From NCBI GenBank assembly GCA_051362555.1, contig CM120640.1, positions 25,344,225-25,408,224 on the forward strand: DNA of 64,000 bases, given 5' to 3'. Under the pieces are notes generated by a model. It was not told the origin of the DNA and made no database searches. It was given only the letters and a program-made list of their open reading frames with translations. Origin of the DNA: Lingula anatina. Taxonomy: Eukaryota; Animalia; Brachiopoda. Positions 26,346 through 38,523 of this stretch are shown one piece after another. Numbering within the stretch: position 1 is the first letter of the stretch; the number at the start of each line of letters is the position of its first letter. The position numbers and the translations under genes are program-made.

Positions 26346-29300
26346 TAATCCTTCTTTAGAGGATTTGAAACTTTAATGCATATATATTTAAAATTCAGAA
26401 TTCTTCGCAAGGAAGTATAGTTTTACATTGTTTTTAAAGATGACCGAATTTTGCAGGGAAGCTTTTTCTATCATTTTATAGTTTTTAGCATTAATTTATT
26501 ATTTTATGGGTTGTACTTGATCTTGGTTAGATAAAACATTCATTTTAAGGTCTGATTTGAACTTGGCATGTTTGTTTGATCTACATGCATATAGATACAT
26601 TTAAGTTTTATAACAATTTTAACCTTTTAAACATATAATAAGGTTGCAGGAAGGTACCAACTGTATAAATTGTAAGTTCTGTAAGATACTTGACCAAGCA
26701 AAGGATACTGCCGTATTATTTTATTCATAAATGGTGTGAAGTATTAGATGTACATTTGTTTTATAGTCTTAAAAGTTCTGTACTTGTAATATTAAATAAT
26801 AAACTTGTATAGTTGTCATTAACCTGGGTTTATAGAGTTGTGTGGATCAAGTGTACATCACGTTTCTGAAAATGCACCTGGTCTTTGTTTAAAAATAAAA
26901 GGTTATCACTGTTACAAGGTGGCTGGGAGGAGGAAAGAGATGAGAGCATAGAAGCCATTTTAACTGAACATTTTTGGGGGACTTGGCCCTCGGTGTTTAA
27001 CATGCATAAAAGGAAAGCCGTTTTGAGTGACTTCTGTTTGACATATAACTGAACATAAAATTTCATGATGTTTAAGTGCTATAGTTTGCTTTGAAATATA
27101 AGTTGTTAAAATGCATGACAAGACCTTAAGCAATAAAACAGTGAAGACTCCAACAATATTGAAACAAGGACAGTAGTTTTAATGTAAGATCTTTCATGAT
27201 GCATCTACCAAGAGCAACAGATAAGAAAATTGGTGACAAGATGCAATTCCTATCACGTATACTCCATTGCTCAAATAATTCATTTGATACAAAAGTTCTA
27301 TCATGATGATATGTGATGTCCTGGCATCATTAGTAAGGTGTTTACAACTAGAAAGAAAAAAGCATTGCGACCATGACAACTTGGATAAAAATTGGACAAG
27401 ATCCTGATTTTGGCTCATAATAATACAAGGTTTAACAGATTAAGTGGTATATGCCCATCTTACAACAACTTGGGCAGTTGACAATAAATGACAAGACAGC
27501 AAAGCTGACTAAAATACAGACACTTTACAAAAAAAAGTAATTTCTCTTGCTCCATTTTGTGTATCAAAACGTTTTCGAAGTATCAGACACGACACCGCTC
27601 TTGCCTAGTACATGATGTGATAGTGGCGTTTCTCAGCGGGGTTGGGCAGTAGTGCATCTCGTCTCAAAATTCATCCCGAGGTATGTTACTGTGAAATGCG
27701 TACTGACGGGTAGTGTGGTTCAATCTACTGGTGAATTTGGGATCATTTGGTACAGAGTCTGGTAGTATGGTAGGCCTGCATAGGTCAAGGTCCTTAAGGG
27801 AGACACTCAAAAGGTGAACTGTACTTGTTTCAAGATACGTGACATTTTATATAAGGGAGAAAGTTCTCAGAAATTGAAGAAAAGGGGATTGCCATAAGTC
27901 TTATTCAAATTCAGATGGTATCTCCAGCTGCCCATAGTGCTAATTAGTAATATAAAATTGTAATACCAACTATAGAGTGACATCCACCGGCAGCTAAATT
28001 TAATAACAATACAGTGCTTAAAGTTGTGATCTGATGGACCCTAATGTTGGTCACATTTAGCTTATGATGACAAATGCAGTCTTACTTTAGGCTGTATCTA
28101 CTTTTTTAGATGCACTACTTTTCCAGACAGTGCTGATGTCTGGAAAATATCACGTAACTCTACAAAAACATCATACTTCTGTTTTTGGCATAGGTGACTA
28201 TTTTCTGCACATGCTGAAGGACATATAAGGTTACTGCACCATTCTTTTTGATAAAATACCAAACAAAAGAAATCAGAGAAAACGCAATCAAACTCTTTCT
28301 GAAGGAAACTGTTAGAAATAAATAAGATAATCAAGTTGAAAAATAAACCAGATCATTTGAAGATAATATTGAAGAATGTGAGGACACAATAATGGTTAGT
28401 TTAAAACAGCTGAAAACCCTTCTTTTGATTGTTGCCATTTTATTATCAACTGAAGTATGTGCAAATTGTTAATATTAAGGGTAATGCTGATTAACATTTA
28501 TTATATATATGGTTTGATTCAGTGTCAGAATGAATTGGCATTAGAAGAAACTACTATGCAATTGGTAAAAAAGAGTAACTAGAAAAATTATTTTGGAATG
28601 GGAGAAGACTTGAAAATGACAATAAGTTGCCCTTGTTTACACTCATGTTCTTGAATATGCTCTTTACCTTGCTGTATGAACCCTGAAGTAATAATACTGT
28701 TTGGCAGTTAAAGGGTGGACGACAGATGTGCAATGAGTGATCACACAGTCAGACACAGTGATCAGAATATATACAGACACATGCAGTGTCTGCACACAAA
28801 AATTACAGCATTTATCACACATCTTGTCACTGTTTAACTTATCTTTCATCTTCAACAAATCTTGAGGAATGGATTTTTTTGTATTGGCCTTAGTTGAAAA
28901 TTATGAAAATACTGCAACATAAATACATTTTTCAGTCCAAAAGTGTCACAGTTATGCTAAATTTACTGTAAATAAAATTCCTTTAAAAAGTTTAAAGTGG
29001 TTATTGTGACAATAGAACACATACATGGAATACTTATGAGAGAGCCATTTGTCAAATTAATATACTTTTTTTGATACAAATATTTGTGTGTGCACCTTTA
29101 CAATTTAAAAAATCTGACATCATATTCAGTGAGACAGGGTGGATGAGAAACCACCCACAAGTTCTGGGTTACACTTACCATGCTACTCTACCTCTCAGAG
29201 GTTTGCACTTTGCCAGCTGTCCTTTTTTTCATGTGTTTTCTTGTACAGATGTTTTTCACTGACCCTGTGACAATTCCACTCTACCAAAACCCCAATCAAG

Positions 29301-29741
29301 CACCAGCTTTTCATGCTTAAAATCAAAATCAAACCTAAACCTTACCATTTCTTGCTTCATCACTGATGTTCATTATTACAGTTGGTACGTTTTCTTGTGC
29401 ACTGTCAATCAAAATCTCACACATCCACACGCCAAAAAAGAATGAGTCAATAAAGTTAAAATACTGGTTTACAGTCAGATCATTTGCACATTTTCTTTGA
29501 CATATGGGCATGAGTAATTGACAAATACATTTTTGGTTCACCTTAGAGCAGGCCATGCTAGTAATATAAGTCTTTTTTTTTTCAAAGACTCAATGTGAAT
29601 ACATGACTGAATAAATAAATAAAATAACAAATAAATGCCGGCTGTTACTGGTACTATAGAGATCACCAGTTTGATCTCATTCACAATGATCAACAATTAA
29701 ACTGGGACCTAGCAGGTGAGTATCAGATTTCTCTTTTGCAG

Positions 29742-32700
29742 TCAAACGTCTTCTTCTTCAGCACATGCCTTGCAGGCATTACATTTACAGCACAGCAAAC
29801 AAGGAGCTGCCAGGAGCAGAAATGGTGAAGCTATCAGAAGAAGCAGGCCAAATCCAGCAAATATGCCAACAACCTGAAACGTAAAGAATACCTGCAGAAT
29901 GTCAAAGTTACAAGGTCATTGCTATTGATAAATTAAAACACAAGGGGGGGAAAAACCCAGGAAACTTGATGTAAAGAGACCATTTAGCTAGGTTTATCTC
30001 ATGGTATAAACCTAGCTTTAAACCCTATTTTTAACCAAACTTAAACCAACGAAGATGAGATATACCTGTGTTCTATGCCACATCACGGAGGCTCTGGAGT
30101 GACCTAACTTGTTCTTGCAGGGACCTTTATCATAATGGCGGAGGAGAAAATCATCCTATAGGAGATGAAAACAATTTTGAATGTACGGCAAAACAATAAT
30201 CCATGAAAACCACTTAAAATGTTTAAATAAGCATATATTTCATAATATACACGTAAGCAGCATTCAACAAACTTTCTTTAGACAAAACATGTATGAATTA
30301 TTAGAAACGTAGACATTGCTGATTATACACTGTGAAAGAAGACAGAAAATCCCCTTACTCATGGGGAAAACTGTTTGTCAATCATCTGAGGAAAGTGTGC
30401 TTTGATGATGTCAAAAAGATGTAGTGTTTACCTGTAATGACTGTAAACAGTACCAACAAAAGACATGTTTACACTGACGGCACATCATCTGTGCACAGCC
30501 ATCGGCACGTTCTATTGGAATGTGGCACATGGGGCAACGCTTGATCTTGGATTCTTCCTCACTGCTGATGGGTATGCTGAAACATTTTTTTATAAAACAT
30601 GTTATAACAGAAATATTATGAAAAGAAAATGTCAGAGCAGGGGTAGAGTTCATAGTTTTCTTCATATCTAATAGGCTGGTGCATGGTTGTGAATTGCATT
30701 AATCATTTGAGGTGAATATTTTTAATAATAATTTAAATAAAAACAACAACAACAAAAAATACAACAACAGCATCAATACAAATACTCCAAACACACCTTT
30801 TAAGAATAGGGTTGCCATTATTACAGCACACAAATGTGTGGATCTATTGTTCAGCTTGTCATTAAGAAGAAATCATCAGATGCAAACAATGAAAAGTGGA
30901 GAGTAAACAGAAGCAATCTGTGAAGTAAAACACTTGTCTTTACCAACTCACCCAGCATCATGACCTTTGACCTTGCTGTTGTAAGCATCACATGGCTCAT
31001 CAGCATGCCAGTTGGACTTGCAGATTGAGCAAAACTCTAGGTAGCACTAAAAAAAGAGGTATATTTTTTGCCTAAACATCGAATTTTTGGATGTACACTT
31101 AGGCTTCATTCACATGGAAAGTCTATTTTCTAAAAATCTATTTTCTATTCGCGGTATATCTTGTGATCACGGTCTGTGCCCTGAATATCCCGCGGCGTAA
31201 TTACTGGCAGCGCGAGCAAGTTACTTCCAAAGCTGTAATTAATTCTCGGCTGTGCTCGGAGGAGATTCTGATACCTTGACGCATGCGCAGTAGGAAGTTA
31301 GAAAGTTAATGGCGGTCGCGGTTGCTTTGAAAAATGTTTTTGTCGATTTTGTGCAACAACAAGATGAAGAAGATGAAGAAGCTATACACACGACAGATAC
31401 AAGTGCAACCGTCATGATCCGATGGCAAGCGATGCGGCAACGGAGGATGAGATTTTATAGAATGCGAGCACAGCCGAGAATAAATTACAGCTTTGTATAA
31501 GTTACTGGCTCACACTGCCAGTAATTACGCCGCGGTACATTCAGGGCACAGACCGTGATCATAAGATACCGCGAATAGAAAAAAGATTTTTAGAAAATAG
31601 ACCTTCCATGTGAACGAAGCCTTAAACTTCCATAATTCTCATCCTAAAAACACTATGATTTTTCTTTCAATTATTGCCAAGGAGCTCTTAAGGCTGGACA
31701 TGACTTTTTGCCCCATGTACACATTTTTAAAATGCATTTCAAATAGTGCTTCACTACCTTAGGACACTTCACAGGTATACCCTGTACATTCTTCTTGTCA
31801 CTGAGGGGGCACACATGGCACACAGTTTCACAGCCAATTTCTGGGCACCACATGCGACTAGGATCTAGATCTACTTCTGGAATGACAAACAAAAGACCGG
31901 GTTTATCATTAATTGGTAATTATTGTTAGTTAATGGCAAACAAAAAACAAAAATTGCTTTCATACCTGTAATATTAAGAATAATCTTATGGGGGATAAGA
32001 AAGGTAGGACTATTCTCTATTATAATTCTAGTCACATACAAATTGTTGGTAATGAGACCCTTCAGTAAGTGAAACATTGAAAATTTTGGCACTGAGCATA
32101 TAAAAACAACCATCTACAGCTTACCTAAAGAATCAATTTATAAATGTTTGGTTTTTAAAAACAATTGCTGTTTCAAATGTTTGTCATTAAAAGAACATGA
32201 CCCAATCTTCTTTATGTAACTGTTGGAAATGTCAACTAACCTTTGGAGAATTTCAATCTCTGATATCTCTTGAAGGTCATGGTATCAACTAACTGCTCAA
32301 TCTGAAGTCAACCAGGGGATTAAAGTGGCAGGTATGTCTTAACTCAAGTACAAGACAAAGGCATATATAGAAACTATAAAAATAACCAGTTTATGGAGTA
32401 TTTCTTTAATTTGCTGATCCAAGATGCGACTCAGGCTCCGTTAAAATGAGAGGCATTTCAGTTTTGAACTCATCTTTAACAAGAATAATGTTGTTCTTAT
32501 AACTGCATAGCAAAAATATCAATATCCTTTTAACATTAGGGTAACGACCCGTGTAATAGATATCACTACAATAAATTGACACTGACTAATCCCTCATTAT
32601 GTGGTTATCAGAACATCACACATGTAGTTTAGAACACCAATATATAGAACCAAAAAATTTTGTGTCATAAAATTCATGAGTACTATCTCCAAACTATACA

Positions 32701-33686
32701 ATGTAAGTTCTATGTTAATCAAACTGTACATACAGCACAGTTACTGTAAGCTTCCTAAATGTATGACAACAGTAAAGATACCTCTGATGGTAAAAATTTT
32801 CCTCCCTGCCTACATCTTGCATCTGGGCAAGTGATGACCAACACATTCCCATCTGAGATCATCACAGTCAGGTACTGGATTACACACTAGGAAGACAATA
32901 TTACTACAAATAACATGTCAAGTATAAAAACAAAAAAAAAAAAAAAAAAAAAAATTCCATTTCTAAATATCGATTCCTACATGTATGACAATAATATAAT
33001 ACATTTTTTTCAAATACTACATCAGACTCTTTAAAATAAATCAATTGTCACTTCATACAAATTCATTCTCTTTAAAGAAATAACATGTTCCTTAAAATCA
33101 AATATTAATCATGTCTATTAAGATAAAATTAAACATTAAACTGACATAAAAGGAAAAGGGCAATTTTTTCATAATCATAATTTTGCCATATTGAGGAATG
33201 CACCATAAGAAAAAAAGATGTGACATCCACTCCTGCTTTACACCAATGTGTGTCATACCTAAATCATGGTGTACAAGTACGTATCTAAATACAAGGATTG
33301 ATAGACAAAAATTATAATGATCCAGATGACACCTGTGTGCATATTGTAAACAGTCTTTCTTTAAGTGCTTTTAATTTTTACCTTTAACTTACCATTTGAC
33401 AATAGAGACATTGGCAATCCTGCATTTCATACATTTCCCTGGCAGGCAACTCCATTAAACAGAGCCTGCATGTGACCAGAGGCTCAATGGCCATGTCCAT
33501 TGTATTGTGTGTTCCTGGAGAGTAGAACACATGAGCACCCATAGGTGTGAACACTGACACTGTCACCATGTTTTTATCATCTTTATTTGATAACGATGAT
33601 TCTGCTTGTTCTCTTGTATCTTTTTCCTGGCTCTCCGAGGTTTCAGAGCTGGCCATCATCTGGACGGGTTTCACCTTGCTTTCCAT
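29742..33686 (-). CDS. RNF144A: RBR-type E3 ubiquitin ligase, RNF144 family, with C-terminal transmembrane segment
   Basis: Exons ~33392-33686, 32782-32887, 32241-32301, 31759-31873, 30953-31046, 30432-30578, 30066-30155, 29742-29873. RING1 CRLC...[24 protein letters not shown]2 [32 protein letters not shown], then [50 protein letters not shown]. It is probably the pro-orthologue of vertebrate RNF144A and RNF144B. Confidence 0.93.
31102..31621. mobile_element. PIF/Harbinger (Tourist-like) MITE in an RNF144 intron
   Basis: Imperfect TIRs of ~160 bp (GGCTTCATTCACATGGAAAGTCTATTTTC... / ...GAAAATAGACCTTCCATGTGAACGAAGCC), flanked by TTA at 31099-31101 and 31622-31624. Confidence 0.88.
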
Positions 33687-34433
33687 TCTCTAAGACTACA
33701 AATTTACTACTGGTGGTTATGGTATTACGAACTGGATAATGCCAGCTAAGACGTAGACTATGTCATCTTGGTCCACAGGTAAACCAATCTCTTGAAAAGC
33801 ACGATGCTTTACCTGGAAGGAATAATTATCTCTGACTATAGATACATTCACCTATAGATACCTTCACAGCATGTATTTCAATCAATTATCACATTCAGTT
33901 CTCATAACATTCAACAGATTTTAGCACTCGCAAGATGATTATATAATTAGTAACTATTGTTTTAGTGGTGTGCAATATCAGGACAACTTTTCCCTTTAAC
34001 ATAAAGTGTTAATCATCTTTCGCCTGTCTCAATTTATGAGTCTTAAATTAGCAGAGCATTTGGATATTTCAACAAAGAAACAAATAACTAGTATTTGTTT
34101 ATGGATAATCTTGTGTTTGTTAAAGTATACATAAGAAGCACGAGTACTGCTCTGTAACAAATATAAATTATTAGGACCACTTTCTTACACAAAACAAATA
34201 AATATATCAAAAAAAAAAAAAAAAAAAAAAAAATCTGAAATCTCTCAAGCACCAGAAAAAAAGGCTTTGAAATGGTACCTTCTTCAAATTTCTGGTAGTA
34301 ATTTTAACTTACTTTTTCCTCATCCAGTCCATAAAGCACAGAAAGTAAGCAGAAAATGTCTGTACAAATACCATTTTTCAGGAAATGTCATAAAACCCTG
34401 AAGTATTTCATTAATTGATATTATTTGACAGTA

Positions 34434-34478
34434 TATGGTGGCATATGGTTAGCAGTCTGGAAATAATTTGACATAAGT
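34434..34478. repeat. Dispersed repeat fragment, second copy at ~47563-47608
   Basis: Both sites share TATGGTGGCAT...AATAATTTGACATAAGT. Confidence 0.55.
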
Positions 34479-34571
34479 CCTTACTTATAGGTGCCCAGTG
34501 GAAGATTTCCCTGCCAAAAAGTTGTTGTTAACTAATTTTCCTGAGATAAACGCTATTTTTCTCTGGCGAAC

Positions 34572-34608
34572 CAAGGAGTTATAACAGAAGGTCTGTTATA
34601 ACTCCTTG
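34572..34608. mobile_element. 37-bp CA...TG palindrome with perfect 7-bp target-site duplication (P-superfamily footprint-like)
   Basis: GGCGAAC-[CAAGGAGTTATAACAGA-AGG-TCTGTTATAACTCCTTG]-GGCGAAC. Confidence 0.75.
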
Positions 34609-35379
34609 GGCGAACCAACCTCTGAAACACATTTTAATGGTGCTCAGAAAAAATTAAAAAAGTCCTTCATCCACAAATAAGTGTTTTTTCTTTTTTATTC
34701 CACCATCACTTTCAGATCATGCTCACACTGACTTCCTGGTTACATGCAATTCAAAACCGTGTCAAGATGATTGACATATGGTGAAGTTCTTCTGGAGGTG
34801 ATGAATTAGATCAATAAGTATTACTTGTACTTGGATAAGTTAAACAAGTAGTGGATTATGTACCAAACATGTAAAATCTAAATAATAATAGAAAAAAATG
34901 CTGTAGGAACTCCATGTTGCTTACTACATGTAGTACAATTCTTTTCAAGGTGACATGGATCCAGGACAGACCACTTACACTGCTTCAAACTTATTCCAAA
35001 TCATTAAGCTGTTGGTTAAATATTGGCCATTAAAATTGATTAATGAAAATTTATATTGATAAATGGTTCTTGAGGCTGGCATTGATGTAATTAGTGACAG
35101 AAGGGACTATCTCTGGAAGCTGGTAATCAGTGTCAGAACTAAAAGTATTTCTCAACTCATTTTTTATTTCAAAAAGAAGTGGGTCATAAAAAAATCCATC
35201 AAATTATGGCCAAATAACTGCAAGTAATTAAATCTAGTTCAGTCTTTCTTTCCTCTACCAAGCTGAACTTAATATCATATTGGGCTTACATTCACTGTCC
35301 TAATGTTAGCACAACCATATCACAGGCAATAGGCTATGTACATGTAACATATTATGTTACATGTAGCCTATTGCCGATA

Positions 35380-35381
<2 letters not shown>

Positions 35382-35447
<66 letters not shown>
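35382..35447. repeat. (TA)n microsatellite
   Basis: Uninterrupted TA run of ~65 bp. Confidence 0.95.
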
Positions 35448-35449
<2 letters not shown>

Positions 35450-36912
35450 CAATCCTAGTTAATTTTTAATCACAAAATATCTAAGTGCAGTACAGCATTT
35501 TTTACCCATTTGGCATAATGATGCATAATTTTACAATATAGGGAAGTCTACTCTATAATCACATTACGTAAAGAGAAAAGCTCCCGGATCAATGCAACTA
35601 AATGAATAATCTAATTATCAGGAATGCCATCTATGTACAGCAAATCAATCCATACATCAAGAATGCATACACTTCCAGGATCCAACATTGTGTTATACAT
35701 CTGTAACTCAGATAATAGTTTAAAATATATTAAATCCCTATATAAAAAATTAATAAAGACAGTTATTGCACCAATAAATGTTAAACTCACTTTCTTTCAT
35801 AAGGATAAAATGTATTGCCTACATCCACCATTCCCAGTCCATAAAACAAGACTGATATTTTATAAAACTTTTAATTAAAACATTTAGTCCTCAATGTTTC
35901 TTATGATATTTACACCATCATGCATTCCTTTACATTTCAGAAGGAAATCCACCCTAATTATATCAGTAAAAGGCAAGTTTCATTTGCTATACTAATATAT
36001 TAGAGCAAATATATACAATGGGAGTATTTATCTGTTATAACAGAGAATCTCTATAATACTAATATAAAGGGTAAAGAAAATGTCGGAATCAAGTTCTTTT
36101 ACCAGTATTTGATGGACTATATAAAATTAAAGACCTGGATTTGGGGTAAAAAAATACCTTTAGAGGAATGATTTGCATAATTTGCATCTTTAGCATCTAA
36201 TAACTTATATTTGCCTTTTCAGTCTGTTTAAGCACAGAAGTGAGCCTCCTGAATTTTGTAATGAATAGCCAACACATCATTATCTGTCTTCGTTCTTTCT
36301 TTTATTCAGTATAATATTTGCCGTGCAGCAATCTAAATCCCCAGAGAACATCCAGAAAAGAGCTCTTCGCATTATATACCCTGTACTTACAATGCAGCAA
36401 TAAACAAATTATACTAAATTGGCCATCTTGAAATCTTGCCGTACTAACTTGTGCAAAAAAAGTTAAATATGATCAAATTAGATACTTATAGACTGAACCA
36501 TCTTTTACCTAACACCAGTGTCATTGAAAAGGACCTCAGGAATCATTATAGTTATGTTTTACAAAAATGTTGAACCAAACGACATAGAAAGACTTTTATA
36601 CCATATTGCTTATATTATACTGAGTACACATGCTAATGAATTGTGATCATGAACTTTTAAATAATGGGGAACAACATATTTTATTGTTAGTGTTTTCATT
36701 TTCCCTTAAAATCTATTTGAAAGGTATATAATAAACCCTTATTATTATTATTAGTAGTAGTAGTATATTCAAGAAATGCGTAAATGCCTCAGATAAATCA
36801 TTCAAAGACTAAAGAGTATTTTCTTCTCTGGGAAGGGGTTATCTTGGGGGGGGGGGGTTGCCTGGGGGGAATTGTCCTAGAATCATATTTTAAATATACA
36901 TATAATATACAG

Positions 36913-37869
36913 TACATGTACATGCACGCTCGGCTGTCACCTTTATTGGATAGTAAACGATTGTCGTAAAATCGCTAAATGATATTAAAACCGGGTGCAT
37001 AAACTTGAAAACCACCTACAACAACCTTGGACTACCACATTAATCCAATACAATGCAAAAATAAACTATAACAAGTGGTTAAAGCCTTCAAACCGAATGT
37101 CGTTAAGTCCCCATATACCTCCATAGAGACAATAAAATAGAATGAGCTTCTGAAACAAACCTGATCCAGTTCCAACAGAATAATCGAAATAAAATACTGC
37201 CGGGCATCGGAGCGGCCTAAAACTTGGCACGCTTACCGCTAATACTGCAGGCTACATCATCCAGTCGCTCGTTTGTAAATTCCGTGCATGGCATACGCAC
37301 AATCAAACCGTAAAAAACAAATTCTCGGGGTGTCGTTGGCTAGGTCCACTCAACAATCCAATTCAGGAAATGACGTAACCGCAGAGGTCGCATTGTCCAA
37401 TGGCATGGCTTCTTTTTCGTAATGGTAGGTTAGAGTGGACCTGGCCAACGACACCCCGAGAATTTGTTTTTTACGGTTTGATTGTGCGTATGCCATGCAC
37501 GGAATTTACAAACGAGCGACGGGATGATGTAGCCTGCAGTATTAGCGGTAAGCGTGCCAAGTTTTAGGCCGCTCCGATGCCCGGCAGTATTTTATTTCGA
37601 TTATTCTGTTGGAACTGGATCAGGTTTGTTTCAGAAGCTCATTCTATTTTATTGTCTCTATGGAGGTATATGGGGACTTTACGACATTCGGTTTAAAGGC
37701 TTTAACCACTTGTTATAGTTTATTTTTGCATTGTATTGGATTAATGTGGTAGTCCAAGGTTGTTGTAGGTGGTTTTCAAGTTTATGCACCCGGTTTTAAT
37801 ATCATTTAGCGATTTTACGACAATCGTTTACTATCCAATCAAGGTGACAGCCGAGCGTGTGTACATGTA
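36913..37869. repeat. Long inverted repeat: arms ~36913-37351 and 37433-37869, 81-bp spacer
   Basis: The right arm is the reverse complement of the left with about 5 substitutions and one small indel; no flanking target-site duplication seen. Confidence 0.95.
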
Positions 37870-38463
37870 TAATAATTTAGTAAAATCATACCAGTAAAAA
37901 AGCCTGCAGTTTTTAGAGGACCTCATCTACACAGCCCTAACTACAAGAAAGAAAACGTTACTCCTTGCTTTAACCATATATTTTACTCAGTTCTAAAGAG
38001 AAGCTTCTCAATTTCAAATAATTATAAACAACTACTGATGTAGTACTGTAATAATTCTAATAATATATAAAATTATTGACTGATTGTACATCTATGACTA
38101 ACTCCTAAATGAAGCTGCCAGTGCAAATGTCCCGCCTATAGAATATGGTTAAAAACATAAACAACGTACCTTTGAAAACATCAACACATCATGAATTTGA
38201 GCTATCGATTTAACCTGAAACAACCCAAGTAGAAACGATAACCAAATTTTGCATGCGGAGAATTTTTCCCGAGATTTTGTTATTATTATATCCTCGATAG
38301 ATGGCGCTATGCATTTTTTAAATATTGTGATGTGATGACAATCACAGATTTAACTAAGTGGATTTCGAACAATTTGTGTTTTTAGTCTTATCATAGTACA
38401 TTATGTATTTCAATTTATACACATTACTTAAAAATGTATACAATCTGGTTAAATCTTGACTAT

Positions 38464-38505
38464 GATTGGCTGATTTGCTTCCCGCGACTTTGTGCCGCCA
38501 TTTTG
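38464..38505 (+). promoter_or_regulatory. DEK proximal promoter motifs (CCAAT, E2F, YY1)
   Basis: GATTGG (reverse CCAAT), TTCCCGCG (E2F consensus) and GCCGCCATTTTG (YY1 consensus) lie within ~60 bp upstream of the ATG at 38524. Confidence 0.65.
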
Positions 38506-38523
38506 CTTTGGTAGCGTTAAACC

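Noticed and set aside
29986-30017. Hairpin AGCTAGGTTTAT-N8-ATAAACCTAGCT in the last RNF144 intron
   Set aside because: A real 12-bp stem, but no target duplication or P-like ends; no function can be supported.
32302-32781. Possible U12-type intron in RNF144 (donor GTATCTTT)
   Set aside because: It deviates from GTATCCTT, and the branch region (ACTTTAAT) is a poor match to TCCTTAAC; more likely U2-type.
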